In this document: positions 10,980 to 25,897 of the stretch, in pieces | Position numbering within the stretch: position 1 is the stretch's first letter | Layout: every line of letters starts with the position of its first letter | Assembly: GCA_951406725.2 (NCBI GenBank) | Contig: OX597819.1 | Location: forward strand, 372,001-436,000 | DNA from: Octopus vulgaris | Taxonomy: Eukaryota | Length of the DNA: 64,000 nucleotides | Direction of reading: 5' to 3' | Made by a program: the position numbers and the translations under genes | Notes under the pieces: generated by a model | Databases searched by the model: none | Told to the model about the DNA's origin: nothing | The model's input: the letters and a program-made list of their open reading frames with translations, nothing else

Positions 10980-12693
10980 GTTCTTATACACACATTCTGA
11001 CATGTGACCAATGTTGAAACCCCTTCACAAATTACCAAACCTGGAACTTAACTATAGTGTCTATAGCACTTCTTCAACATTACCTGACACCTTTGGGTCT
11101 CAATGACACCATTACCTATGATAACCTATATATATATATGTACACCATAAAAACACGTAATTTGCACACCTGTGTAATTTTCTGGATAAAAACTGTTAAA
11201 AAGAAGCTTCTACTCGTGTAAAATTCACACCCAATTGTTATCAGAATTACTGATATGGCCAGAGAGAAAAGGATTTCAATTTAGTTGTATTTAGCATAAT
11301 TTCACTTACTCATGATTAGATTTTATTAAATTTTCACTAATTAAAAATAATTTCTGTTTAACAGGTATCACATTGAAAGTTATTAAATTATGAAGTGTTT
11401 GTGTTGTTTATAATAAACTTTATTTTACACAAGCGCTATGACCTGGCAACACCGGGTCATAGTGCTTGTGCATGCATATACAGCTGTGTGCGTGCGCACA
11501 TACATGCTAGTACTGTCCAAATCTCCGACCAATCACATACAGCTAGCTGGCATTCAATTGGCATATCAAGTTTTGGGCATTTTGATTGGGTTTTGGATAG
11601 AAAATTCACTTCTATTGATTGTTTAATGGCTTTGTGGGGTGACTGGGGAAACGTAAAGATGTGCACGACCACCCTTGGATGATTTTGAATGACCATAGAA
11701 AGTGCAAGCCCTCTAACTGAAAAATTGTGGATTTATACAAAGAACACACATACACACAGACAGACATTTTGCCATTTATATATAGAGATATATCTTTCCC
11801 GCAAGAGATTATGTCCGATCTTTCGTATTCTTCTGTAGGTCTTCCCAAATCATGATCATAGGAAAAGTTGTTGCCAGTTCTTATCAACAAAAACAAAGCT
11901 GATAAATATGCACAGGTGTTCTAAATTAAGTTTAATTACCAATAAACATCAGCTTCGATGACACTTAATCAAATGACAGAGGAAGGTGTCCAATCAAACT
12001 GATTATGTAAACAGAATTCTGATAGGTCGAAAGTGTCTTCTTGTCTCAAGCTCTGATTTTCTGCCTATTCTTGTCAGAACCTTTGATATGGATTATCGAA
12101 ATTTTAATCCCTTTCACACTTCTAAAATGTCAAACAAACTTTAAAATCTGTCACAACTGTTTTAGGCGGGAGACGAAACTGATAGTTTGGTAACCTGCTG
12201 AAATAAACAATAAAAATCAAAAAGAGAAAATAAACAGCTTTGCAAGTTTAACTCAGTGTTTATTGAACAAGAGAGGTGGGAAGTTTAAGAAGTGACTTGT
12301 TAGAATATACACGTCTGTGAGGAGACGTAAACAAGGATAGCAAAGATCTACAATACCAAAACAACTGGTAATACATACATTACAAGTGTTCTGTGAAGAG
12401 AACATAAGACTGCTGCATAATTCAACATGAATGTGAACCGACATTAAACATTGTATAAGGTAAATGAAGGTTTCTGTAGGAATGCCACGTCATATTTACT
12501 TAGGGAGTTTACATGCACAAGGGTGAATTATGATGTTGATGGTGGTGTTAGATACAGTAAAATATGGCCCAGACTATGATTACCAGCATCAATGTGAAAC
12601 TTCAGAAAGTAGTTAACCATTTAATGGTTTTAGTAAATTTATAAAGAAAAAAAAAAAGCATTATACCATCCAGAATAAAGGAAAGTCGACCAG

Positions 12694-12888
12694 ATGGTGA
12701 GTCTAGATGTGATAAGTCTGTTCACCAAAGTCTCAACTGATGAAGCACTATCAGTGATTCAAGAAAAACTAGTGACACACACCCATCTAAAAGAAGGCAT
12801 TAGTATACCAATAAGGAACTTGATTGAAATGTTGACCGTCTGTGTAGAAACCACCTACTTCAGAATGCATAGTAATATATATCAGTAA
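12694..12888 (+). pseudogene. Penelope-like element RT fragment
   Basis: VSLDVISLFTKV...LIEMLTVCVETTYF..IYQ is a PLE RT motif; bracketed by a ~135-bp direct repeat (12555-12691 and 12883-13018). Confidence 0.7.
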
Positions 12889-13368
12889 AATATGGTCCAG
12901 ACCGTGATTACTAGCACAGACGTGAAACTTCAGAAAGTAGTTAACCATTTAATGGTTTTAGTAAATTTATACAGAAAAAAAAAGCATTATGCAGTCCAGC
13001 ATAAAGCAAAGTCGACCTCTAGAGTGATACCTAGAATTCTTTGGAAAATTCCTATTAATAGCTTCACGAAACTGCAATGGAAGATTAGATTTAATTTGCC
13101 TCCCATATGGAATAATTAACCAAATGGTTTTACTATTAGTTATCTTATTTTAAGTGTAATTATTTTTGAAAGACATAAATTTACCTTTAGATTGAAAATA
13201 GGGGATTAAATAATGGTTATCTCTCTTCCTCTGTTATATTTTGGTGTATAAATTAAAATTAATATCGTTAATTTCTTTACAACTAGATTTCATATCTACA
13301 TTAGTAAAGTCAACATAAGATTGAATGGAATATACACATCTATATATATATACATACATACAAATATA

Positions 13369-14126
13369 CAGGGTGGACCAAAATGACCTGACACATTTGG
13401 AGGCTTAATAAAAGCACAAAATATGAAATAATGGAAAGAAATATTTTATTTTCTAAATGTACATATAATGCCATTATATTTCATTAAGTTTTAAAAATTA
13501 AATTAGCTAAAAGCCTCCATCATTGTCAACACATTGTTTGAGACGTTCATGAAAGTTATCGATAACTCTATGGATCATTTCTTCTGGAAGGGTTGCTATT
13601 TCTACACAAATTGCACATTTTAATTCATCGATAGATCGAAGGCGATGACTGAATACTTTTCATTTTAACCCTTTCATTACTGTATTTATTTTGAGATGTT
13701 CTGTGTTTCTTTCAATTACTTTAAATATCGCAAAGAATTTAGTAAAATAACTTAGTTATCATTCAGCTTGTATTAGGAACTTAAATTGTGACTAAGGTTT
13801 GGTGGAAGATTTTAATTTAAAACTTATGGAAACAAGACATTTGTACAACAGAGCCAGAGCCAGTTTCAGCCAGGTTGGTAACAAAAGGGTTAAATATCCC
13901 CACAAGAAGAAATCACATTTCACCACTCCAGAAGAAATGATCCATAGAGTTATCGATAACTTTCAGGAACGTCTCCAACAGTTTGTTGACAATGATGGGA
14001 AGCATTTAGCTAATTTAAGTTTTAAAACTTAATGAAATATAATGGCATTATATGTACATTCAGAAAATAAAATTTTTCTTTTCATTATTTCTTATTTTGT
14101 GCTTTTATTAAGCCTCCAAATGGGTC
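13369..14126. mobile_element. Foldback non-autonomous Tc1/mariner derivative built from two inverted transposase 3' ends
   Basis: TA|CAGGGTG end; long inverted arms at about 13394-13590 and 13927-14124; removing the nested MITE restores CDFFLWGYLNEKVF..IDELKCAI..HRVIDNF.ERL on minus. Confidence 0.75.
13669..13889. mobile_element. piggyBac-type MITE nested in the Tc1 derivative
   Basis: TTAA|CCCTTT ... AAAGGG|TTAA termini. Confidence 0.8.
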
Positions 14127-14132
14127 TATATA

Positions 14133-14482
14133 TAACCAACCATAAGGTTCCGGGTTCAGTCCCACTGCATGGCATCTTAGGCAAGTGTCTTCTGCTATAG
14201 CCCCAGGCCGACCAATGCCTTGTGAGTGGATTTGGTAGACGGAAACTGAAAGAAGCCTGTCGAATATATGTATATATATGTGTATGTGTGTCTGTGTTTG
14301 TCCCCCTAGCATTGCTTGACAACTGATGCTGGTGTGTTTACGTCCCCATCACTTAGCGGTTCAGCAAAGGAAACCGATAGAATAAGTACTGGGCTAACAA
14401 AAAATAAGTCCCGGGATCGATTTGCTCGACTAAAGGCGATGCTCCAGCATGGCCGCAGTCAAATGACTGAAAAAAGTAAGAG
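14133..14482 (+). mobile_element. CORE-like tRNA-SINE (family 2) with CR1-group 3' tail
   Basis: B-box GGTTCAGTCCC, core CTTAGGCAAGTGTCTT, internal TA/TG microsatellite and tail GCTCCAGCATGGCCGCAGTCAAATGACTGAAA. Confidence 0.85.
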
Positions 14483-14806
14483 TATATATATATATATATA
14501 TATATATCATTTCGCTCAGCATCTGCCTGCCATGCTGGCATGGGATGGACCATTTCACCGGAGCCAGCCAGGTAGAAGCCTGCACCAGACATATATATAC
14601 GTTATTTTACTTGTTTCACTCATACAACTGTAGCCATGCTGGAGCACCACCTTTGAGTCAAACAAATCGACCCCAGGACTTATTCGTTGTAAGCCTAGTA
14701 CTTGTTCTAACAGTTGCTTTTGCCAAACCACTAACTTATAGGGACATAAACACACCGACACCAGTTGTGAAGCGAAAGTGCGGAAACAAAAGCAGACACA
14801 ACAGAA

Positions 14807-16746
14807 CATCATCATCATCATCATCATCATTTAGCGTCCGCTTTCCATGCTAGCATGGGTTGGACGTTTTTATCTGGGGTCTGTGAAGCCGGAAGGCTTC
14901 ATCAGGCCCAGTCAGATTTGGCAGTGTTTCTACGGCTGGATGCCCTTCCTAACGCCAACCACTCCGCGAGTGTAGTGGGTGTTTTTTACGTGCCGTGCCA
15001 CAGAGCTGGCGAACGGCCACGAACGGATGGTGTTTTTACGTGTCACCGGCACGGGGCCAGGTAATGCTGGCAACGGACACGAACGGATGGTGCTTTTACG
15101 TGCCACCGACACGGGGCCAGACAGAGCTGGCAAACGGCCACGAACGGACGGTGCTTTTACGTGTCACCTGCACGGGGGCCAGCCGAGGCTGGCTACGAAC
15201 ACGAACGGATGGTGCTTTTACGTGCCACCGACACGGGGCCAGACAAGCTGGCAAACGGCCACGAGCGGACGGTGCTTTTACGTGTCATCTGCACGGGGGC
15301 CAGCCGAGGCTGGCAACGGACACGGACGGATGGTGCTTTTACGTGCCACGGGGCCAGACAGCTGGGGGCCAGACATGGAGCTGGCACCGAACGGCCAGAC
15401 AGAGCTGGCCAACGGACGAACGGACGGTGCTTTTACGTGTCACCGGCACGGGGCCAGGCGAGGCTGGCAACGAACACGAACGGATGGTGCTTTTACGTGC
15501 CACCGACACGGGGGCCAGACAGAGCTGGCAAACGGCCACGAGCGAATGGTGCTTTTACGTATCACCGACACGGGTGCCAGACGAGGCTGACAGTGGACAC
15601 GAACAGATGGGTCACTTAACCCCTGCTTTCTGATATATGATTTGATTTTGATTGTTCTCACTGGTCTTGCTGGGTCTTCTCACGCACAGCATACTTCCAT
15701 AGGTCTCGGTCTCTGGTCATTTCCTTGGTGAGACCTAGAGTTCGAAGGTCGTGCTTCACCACCTCGACCCAGGTTTTCCTGGGTCTACCTCTTCCACAGG
15801 TCCCCTCAACTGCCAGGGTGTGGCACTTTTTCACACACCTATCTTCATCCATTCTCACCACATGACCATACCAGCGCAATCGTCTCTCTTGCACACAACA
15901 TCTGATGCCTCTTAGGTCCAACTTTTCTCTCAAGGTACTTACACTCTGTCGACTATGAACACTGACATTACACATCCAACGGAGCATACTAGCTTCATTT
16001 CTCGCGAGCTTACGCATGTCCTCAGCAGTCACGGCCCATGTTTCACTGCCATGTAGCATGGCTGTTCGTACACATGCATCATACAGTCTGCCTTTTACTC
16101 TGAGCGAGAGGCCTTTAGTCACCAACAGACTAAGAGCTCCCTAAACTTTGCCCAGGCTATTCTTACTCTAGCCGTTACACTTTCAGCACACCCACCCCCA
16201 CTACTGACTTGGTCACCAAGATAACGGAAGCTATCAACTACTTCTAGTTTTTCCCCCTGGAAAGTGACGGAAGTTGTTTTCTGCAGATTTTCAGAGGTTA
16301 ATGCTCCCGAGCATCTGCCACATACAAAAACCATCTTCCTAGTTAGCCTTCCTATGACATTGCTGCACCTCTTATGTGTCCATAGCTTACACTTGGTGCA
16401 TCTTATAGAGTTTCTACCTACACCTTTTCTACAGATCGAGCAGGGCCATCTACCTGAAGGCGTTTGTGATTTGTCTACTTTCCTACTTATTACGACTTTG
16501 GTTTTAGCTAGGTTGACTCTAAGGCCCTTCGATTCTAAACCATGCTTCCACACCTGAAACTTCTCCAGTTCTGATAATGACTCAGCAATTAGAGCAAGGT
16601 CATCAGCATAGAGGAGCTCCCAGGGGCATCCTGTCTTGAATTCCTCCGTTATTGCCTGGAGGACTATGATAAATAGGAGGGGGCTGAGGACTGAACCTTG
16701 GTGGACCCCTACCTCTACCCGGAATTCTTCACTGTACTCATTGCCA
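14807..16746 (-). mobile_element. 5'-truncated RTE-clade LINE, long-array subfamily
   Basis: Near-identical to 5772-6767 across the shared region; ORF pieces 15658-16125 and 16119-16553 plus the QGSVLSP/YADD region; (GAT)n tail; 5' end at a TA run. Confidence 0.92.
14978..15611. repeat. Tandem ~61-bp double-hairpin array (10 anchors)
   Basis: Anchors at 14978, 15029, 15089, 15150, 15211, 15271, 15332, 15426, 15486 and 15548. Confidence 0.95.
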
Positions 16747-17230
<484 letters not shown>

Positions 17231-17231
17231 T

Positions 17232-18440
17232 GACGTCAGCATGGGTGCTAACGACTCTGCTGAAATAAGTGACCTAGTGGGCCTTTTCATCCTCCATAGG
17301 CTGAAAACCCTATTCACAGGCCTCTCCGGTGGTCTTTACCGCGATGACGGCCTTTTCGCCCTCCACAAAATAAACCCCAGGACCACGGATGGGTTCCGGA
17401 AAAATCTTTACACCTTCTTTAAAAACTTAGGCCTTAGGATTACCTTAGAATCCAACTTAACTAAAGCTAACTTCCTTGATGTCACCCTCGACTTAAAAAC
17501 CTCACTTTATTACCCGTACCACAAACCGAATGAATCCCTTAAATATATAGATATTAATTCCAACCACCCCAAAAATATATTAGATAACCTAGTAAAAAGT
17601 GTCTCAATTAGAATTTCTAGCCTGTCCGCCACGGAAGATATCTTTAAGGCCGCAGCCCCCTACTACAACGAGGCCCTGGCCCGCAGTGGCTTCAAAGATA
17701 AGATTACCTATACTAGTATTGCCCCACGCCAACCCAGGAAAAATAGACGAAGACACATTAGCTGGTACAACCCCCCCTTCAACCGTGAGGTCGCTACACC
17801 TGTAGCTAAAATCTTCTTCACTCTCCTACAGAAACACTTCCCCACCCAACATAAGTACTACACTATCCTAAATAAGAACACTATTAGACTCTCCTACTCT
17901 ACCACGCCCAATCTAGCCAGGAACCTAGCCAACAACAATGTGAAAAAACTTAACATATCTACTTTTTCCGAGGCCCATCCAACGTCCGATAGCAATTGCA
18001 ACTGCCCTGATAAAACCACCTGCCCCCTCAACAACAACTGCCTACAGAGGGACCTAGTATATACATGCGAGGTAAGATCAGGCCCTGACGATAAAAGAAA
18101 ATCCTACATAGGAATGACGTCAAACAGCTTTAAGACCCGTTGGTACGCACACACACACTCGTTCCGGCGACAAGATAAATCCAACCAAACTACCCTCGCC
18201 ACCCACATCTGGTACCTTAAAAGGAACTCCATCCCCTTCAAGACCAAGTGGAAACTACTACAGAAGGCGCGCTCGTACACAGGAGGCCATACCTGCTGTG
18301 ACCTCTGCATATCGGAGAGCCTAGAGATCTTGTTCGCCAAAGGCCCTCTCCTTAACAAAATCTCAGAACACTCCCCAAATTGTATGCATAAAAAGTATGC
18401 GAACTACAAGAACTATAGACCTACCCGGCAACCAGATTGA
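17232..18440 (+). CDS. PLE reverse transcriptase (C-terminal half) plus GIY-YIG endonuclease
   Basis: [42 protein letters not shown] (CxCx5C), LVY..SYIGMT..FKTRW..H, CDLC..E; uninterrupted frame. Confidence 0.92.
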   Translation, partial: DVSMGANDSAEISDLVGLFILHRLKTLFTGLSGGLYRDDGLFALHKINPRTTDGFRKNLYTFFKNLGLRITLESNLTKANFLDVTLDLKTSLYYPYHKPNESLKYIDINSNHPKNILDNLVKSVSIRISSLSATEDIFKAAAPYYNEALARSGFKDKITYTSIAPRQPRKNRRRHISWYNPPFNREVATPVAKIFFTLLQKHFPTQHKYYTILNKNTIRLSYSTTPNLARNLANNNVKKLNISTFSEAHPTSDSNCNCPDKTTCPLNNNCLQRDLVYTCEVRSGPDDKRKSYIGMTSNSFKTRWYAHTHSFRRQDKSNQTTLATHIWYLKRNSIPFKTKWKLLQKARSYTGGHTCCDLCISESLEILFAKGPLLNKISEHSPNCMHKKYANYKNYRPTRQPD

Positions 18441-18958
18441 TGACACCCCACCCACAAAACGCCCCCAACCCCACCGTTCCCCTAGCACCCCCGATCACCT
18501 TTTCTCCTAAGACCTTTCACATATTGTATGTGCACGCTTGTATATGTGTATCGTATATATGTATAGAAATGTAAATAGGTAACTGCACGTACATATACTT
18601 AATATTTTTTATTTATTATTTATTTTTTGAGTATGCATGTATGAATAACTGCGCGTATATACTTTTTACTATTTACTTATTTTTTGAGTATGCATGTAAG
18701 TATGAATATAAGGAGGCGCGTGTGTGTGTGTGTATGTGTAAGCATAGATATATGTATACTCTTACGCATGGGTGTACTTATGTGTATATATGGACGCGCG
18801 CGTGTGTGTGTGCGTGTAAGGGGACGCATGTACATGTGTATATGTGTGTGTATGAGTATATGAGTATGTATGTATGTGTGTGCGTATATTTGTATATGTA
18901 TGTATGTATGTGTATGTGTGTGTATGAATATATATGTATATATGTATATATGTATATG

Positions 18959-18997
<39 letters not shown>

Positions 18998-19230
18998 ATA
19001 TATATATGCGCGTATATATATGTATGTATGTGGGTGTGTGTATGTGTATAAAAATAAATGTATGTATGTATGGATGTATGGATGTATGTATGTATGTATA
19101 CGTATGTATGTGTATGTGTGTACATGTATGTATGTGTATGTGTGTATATATGTGTATATGTGTGTATATGTGTGTATATGTGTATGTATGTGTGTGTGTA
19201 TGTATATATGTGTATATGTGTGTGAATATG

Positions 19231-19307
<77 letters not shown>

Positions 19308-19675
19308 ATTTGTATGTAGGTGTACGTGTATGTGTGTGTATTTATATTTATTGGTGTATATGTATAGACTAGCCTTCTAAGAGTGTAGACATGAATCTGT
19401 AGGTACGCGTACGTATGTGTATATACGTGAATGTATGTAGATGTATGTATGTATGAATATAACGCGTGCGTGCGTGTATGTGTATGAGTGTACGAATGAG
19501 TGAGTGTACGTGCTAAAGAGTGTGCGTGAGTGAATGAGTGCTTGTTTTCCAGTAGACAGATAAATGGACTGGCTGTCATAGCCAAGATGTTTGTGACCAA
19601 GCGGCAAAAGATAACAAAAGTAATAAACGAAGATAATAAAATTAAAATTAGGGAATGGGTCTGTATTTGTATGTG

Positions 19676-19706
<31 letters not shown>

Positions 19707-19739
19707 ATGTGTAGATATGCATGGGTACACATGTGTATG

Positions 19740-19772
<33 letters not shown>

Positions 19773-20231
19773 GTGTGTGTATATATATATATGTGTGTGT
19801 ATGTATATGTATGTGTGTGTATGTATATATATATATATATATATGTGTGTATGTGTATATATGTGTATATAGGGACTAGTGTGCTGGGTGTGCATGTGTG
19901 TGTGTGGATTTGTGTGTGTATGCGTGTATGTGAGTATGTGTGTGTATGTGTATATATATTTTTCTGTGTGTATATGTATGTGTTGTCGTGTGTGTGTATA
20001 TATACATGTGTGTATACGTGTATGCATGTGAGTGTGTGTATGTATACATATATGTGTATGTGTAGATATGTATATGTATGTGTAAGTGTATATATATGTA
20101 TATATATATATATGTGTGTGTATGTATGTGTGTATGTATATGTATATGTTTGTATGCGTGTGTATATATGTATACATATGTGCATAGGTATAAGTGAGAA
20201 TCTCCTTATTTACCTAAAACCCTATCCCCCT

Positions 20232-20288
<57 letters not shown>

Positions 20289-20450
20289 TATTTTTTATTT
20301 TTATTTATTCTTCTATCTAATTTAACACTGACTCCTTGACCACTCCCCCAAGTATGATATTTTGCGCTATGCCTACCCCCAAAAAGTCCCCCACCAACAC
20401 CCCTTTAAACCTGCCTAAATGTATAAATGCCAATACAATTCTTGTTAACT

Positions 20451-20501
20451 AGCTTCCTGAAGATTTCTCTTGAATGAAACAGTTCTAGTCCTGTAGAAGC
20501 T
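20451..20501 (+). ncRNA. Type I hammerhead ribozyme of the PLE pseudo-LTR
   Basis: AGCTTC (stem I)-CTGAAGA-TTTC TCTT GAAT (stem II)-GAAA-CAG TTCTAGTC CTG (stem III)-TA-GAAGCT (stem I'); predicted GUA cleavage after 20495. Confidence 0.85.
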
Positions 20502-20560
20502 CCTTCTATATAATAATTTTACTCTGCTATATTATATATTTACTGTGGTTATCAACCGGA

Positions 20561-20729
<169 letters not shown>

Positions 20730-20768
20730 GTATGTATGTATATATATGTATATGTATGTATATATATG

Positions 20769-22960
20769 AGTGATTGATTGATTGATTGATTCTAGTTTCA
20801 GCTTATGAGCTGTGGCCATGCTGGGGCACCGCCATTTGGTGTTGCTACTTGGTTTCACTTCATGGAGACTTTCTAGCAACTGCTATTTGGTGCATGAGAG
20901 AGTTCGATGCAGCTGCCCTCATCTGCCCCTCCTGCCGTGAAGTTGGTTCATCTGGGACACCTGACAGGAAGAGATCCAGCTTCATTTTAAAGACATCTGT
21001 ATCCACCCCATGCAGGTCTCTCAGGTTCTTCGGGAGGATATTGAAGAGCTGTGGGCCTCGGAAGCCCAGGCTATCACAGAATCTTGTCCTACATCTTGAT
21101 GGCAGGTTTGGAGTCCTAGGCACCACGCAGTGGTGCCCAGTTCTGGCATTTGCGTAACTCTCGATGCCAAAGTTCAGGACACTTCCCTCCAGGATCTTCC
21201 AGATGTATATTATGGCATATCTTTCCCGCCTACGCTCCAGGGAATATAATTTTAATCTCTTGAGTCTTTCCCAGTAGCTTACATTCTGCATAGAGGCTAT
21301 CTTCTTTGTGTAGCTTCGTTGGATCGCCTCAAGTTCTGTGATCAACTTGACACTGGATGGTGACCATAGCTGAGAGCAATAGTCAAAGTGACATAGGACA
21401 AGTGTCTTCCAGAGGACCATCATGGTTTCTTGTTCTCTTGTTCTAAAGGTTCTAAGAATCCATCCAGCCAGCCGTCTACATTTCATTGTCAGTTTAGCAA
21501 CATGTACATGAAAGGTCGCGTCATCACTCATGTGAATACCCAGGTCACGCACTGATTGTGCCTCTGGGATTGCAATCCCTCCGGGTCCAGTGTATTCATT
21601 GGGTATTGCATTCAGTTTTGCATGCTGATAGTATAAAGCTTGAAACTTTCCAGCATTGAACTGCATGCTATTCTTTTCAGCCCACTTGTATATTTCGTCC
21701 AGCTCACATTGCAGGTGTTTAGTGTCCTCAGGGTTCTGTATTGCCTGTGAAACTTTTGTATCATCTGCATAACTTGTGATCGTGGCTCTCTGCGTGGCTG
21801 AGGGCATGTCTGAGAGGGCCATTATGAACAGTAGTGGTCCCAGAACAGTGCCCTGCGGAACACCGCTCACTATTTGTGTGTTAATGGAGGTGGCCCCATT
21901 GGCTACTACCACCTGACTTCTATCCTTCAGAAAGTCATGAAGCCATTCTCCCAGTTTTCCAACTATGTTGAGATCACGCAGTTTGTGACATATCATTCCA
22001 TGATCGACTTTATCAAAGGCCTTTGCAAAGTTGAGATATATCACTTCCACATTTGAGTGGTTGAGCAGCCGTTTCAGCACCCAGTCATAGTGTTGTAGGA
22101 GCTGAGTTAAACAGCTTCTCCCTGGTCGGAAACCATGTTGGGTGTCGGGCAGCAAGTCATTCTCTTCAAGGAAGGTGATCAGCTTCCTTCTGACTATTCG
22201 TTCCATGACCTTGCTGATGTGTGAGGTCAGAGAGATAGGTCTATAGTTCTTGGCTTCCGCTCTGCTACATCCTTTATGAATGGGGCATATTTTACCTTCC
22301 TTCAGTTTTCCTGGAAGTTTGCCAGCTGCAAGGAAGCTCTGAAAGAGGAACTGCAGTGGTCTTGCTAGGACTCTCTTACATGCTTTTAGGAGGATTGCTG
22401 GGAATCCATCGGGGCCAGTAGCTGAGTCTGTTTTCATTTCATCTATAGCCTTGGTTACATCGTCTTCCTTTATATCGATGTAATCTATCGTCGCCGCCTC
22501 TGATTTTATATCTGCAGTGGTAAAAAAGTCAGTTGGATTGGTGATTTGGAGATGCCCAAGGGGTGGAGTGAAAACACTCTTGAATTGCTCATTCAGTATT
22601 TCACTTACCCTCATTGGTTTTCCTGTAAGTGTGCCATCCTTTTCGAGGAGTGGCCCTATTCTACAGTGCACTGTAGCTGTTTCTTTGGCATACCTGTAGA
22701 AAGCTCTGGGGTTAGATTTTATGTTTTCTATAGCCCAGGCTTCTTTGTCTGCTCTTTCTTTTTCATGGGAGAATTGCAGACATTTTTCGATTTCCAACAG
22801 TTTTATTTTTAGGCGGGACTTTTCACTGCTTTCAATCTGTTTGTTTAGGCGATTTGAAAATTTTGTACGCCGTCTCATTAAAATTTTCCTCTCTCTGGGG
22901 ATTTTGTTCTTGTGTACAGTGGCCTTTCTCTCTGGGACACATTTGTAGCATATGGCTTGC
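20769..22960 (-). mobile_element. 5'-truncated CR1-group LINE
   Basis: RT ORF, short 3' UTR with stem-loop CAGCT-CATA-AGCTG and (AATC)n tail. Confidence 0.88.
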
Positions 22961-22962
22961 AT
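20860..22962 (-). CDS. CR1-group ORF2 reverse transcriptase (endonuclease lost by truncation)
   Basis: 700-aa open frame with [43 protein letters not shown] and YSLERRR; the first catalytic Asp is N here (YLNFAKAFD). Confidence 0.92.
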   Translation of the reverse strand: MQAICYKCVPERKATVHKNKIPRERKILMRRRTKFSNRLNKQIESSEKSRLKIKLLEIEKCLQFSHEKERADKEAWAIENIKSNPRAFYRYAKETATVHCRIGPLLEKDGTLTGKPMRVSEILNEQFKSVFTPPLGHLQITNPTDFFTTADIKSEAATIDYIDIKEDDVTKAIDEMKTDSATGPDGFPAILLKACKRVLARPLQFLFQSFLAAGKLPGKLKEGKICPIHKGCSRAEAKNYRPISLTSHISKVMERIVRRKLITFLEENDLLPDTQHGFRPGRSCLTQLLQHYDWVLKRLLNHSNVEVIYLNFAKAFDKVDHGMICHKLRDLNIVGKLGEWLHDFLKDRSQVVVANGATSINTQIVSGVPQGTVLGPLLFIMALSDMPSATQRATITSYADDTKVSQAIQNPEDTKHLQCELDEIYKWAEKNSMQFNAGKFQALYYQHAKLNAIPNEYTGPGGIAIPEAQSVRDLGIHMSDDATFHVHVAKLTMKCRRLAGWILRTFRTREQETMMVLWKTLVLCHFDYCSQLWSPSSVKLITELEAIQRSYTKKIASMQNVSYWERLKRLKLYSLERRRERYAIIYIWKILEGSVLNFGIESYANARTGHHCVVPRTPNLPSRCRTRFCDSLGFRGPQLFNILPKNLRDLHGVDTDVFKMKLDLFLSGVPDEPTSRQEGQMRAAASNSLMHQIAVARKSP

Positions 22963-23022
22963 ATGGCTTGCATATATATATGTATATATATTTATATGTA
23001 TCTATATTTATATATATATATA

Positions 23023-23100
<78 letters not shown>

Positions 23101-23194
23101 TATATATATATATAAATATAGATACATATAAATATATATACATATATATATGCAAGCCATATGCAAGCCATATGCTACAAATGTGTCCCAGAGA
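22929..23194. repeat. Perfect 266-bp palindrome at the CR1 5' truncation point
   Basis: TCTCTGGGACACATTTGTAGCATATGGCTTGC.. is mirrored as ..GCAAGCCATATGCTACAAATGTGTCCCAGAGA around a TA centre. Confidence 0.9.
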
Positions 23195-23199
23195 AATAC

Positions 23200-24705
<1,506 letters not shown>

Positions 24706-25392
24706 GCGGTTGAGGGAACCTGCGGAAGAGGCAGACCCAGGAAAACCTGCGATGAGGTGGTGAAGCACGACCTTCGAACTTTAGGTCTCACTGAGGAAAT
24801 GACTAGAGACCGAGACCTCTGGAAGTGTGCTGTGCGCGAGAAGACCCGGCAGGACAAGTGAGTCCATAACCCGTGGCCTTCTACATGGGTTGGAGCCAGC
24901 CAACGTATGCATACCTTCCCTTCTTGGGACACAAAACTCTTCTTGTGAAGACCTGTTGAGGCAAGTGAGGATCAGAATCGAAATCGATCAATGGAAATTG
25001 CAGATGTGTTACCAGTGCCGGTGGCATGTAAGAGAACTTTCCGTTTCGCGACCGTTGCCAGTGCCGCCCCGACTGGCCTCGTGCCGGTGGCACGTAAAAA
25101 GCACCATCCGTTCGTGTCCGTTGCCAGCATCGCCTGGCCCTCGTGCCGGTGGCACATAAAAAGCACCATCTGTTCGTGGCCATTTGCCGGCTCTGTGTGG
25201 CACCTGTGCGGGTGGCACGTAAAAAGCACCCACTACACTCACGGAGTGGTTGGCGTTAGGAAGGGCATCCAGCTGTAGAAACACTGCCAGATTTGACTGG
25301 GCCTGATGAAGCCTTCTGGCTTCACAGACCCCAGTAAAATTGTCCAACCCATGCTAGCCTGGAGAACGGACGCTAAACGATGATGATGATGA
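24706..25392 (+). mobile_element. Strongly 5'-truncated RTE LINE, short-array subfamily
   Basis: Reverse complement of 7076-7850 ([22 protein letters not shown] stop), 3 array units, (GAT)n tail, TA flanks. Confidence 0.9.
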
Positions 25393-25866
25393 TATATACA
25401 TATATATATATCATCATCATCATCATCATCGTTTAATGTCCGCTTTCCATGCTAGCATACAACAAATCTATGAAGAGATTTTATCTCAGATAATTCCACA
25501 GCATCATGCCTTCTAATGGTGTGTATATATTTTTGCATGATACACATCAGCGATTTTTATGTATTTATATATATATTCATGCATGTGTGTGCATTTGTGT
25601 GTGTGTGCATTTGGTTTGAAAAGTTTGCTTCCCAACCACATTGTTTCAGGTTCAAGTCTGACTGTGTGGCACCTTAAGCAAGTGTCTTGTACTCTGGCTC
25701 CAGGTTGACCAAAGCCTTGTGAGTGGATTTAGATACAAACTGAAAGAAGTTTGTCATATATACAAGGCAAGGTGAATAAGCTGTCGTCAAAATTACCCAA
25801 AAATGAAAATGACACTAACATCTCATTTCAACAGCTATATTTACCAAAATATGGACATAAAAACAT

Positions 25867-25897
<31 letters not shown>

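Noticed and set aside
18438-18443. TGATGA at the PLE ORF end as selenocysteine codons
   Set aside because: They fall after the last conserved Cys/His motif at the expected C-terminus, and I found no SECIS.
18641-20339. Long YI/HT/CV-rich ORFs (also 6743-7068, 16698-17317, 22854-24250)
   Set aside because: Translations of TA/CA/TG microsatellites.
25277-25325. CTGATGA plus hairpin AGCC-TTCT-GGCT in the RTE tail as a hammerhead
   Set aside because: No GAAA follows the stem, and the upstream GAAAC has no matching GUH or stem III; other copies lack CTGATGA.
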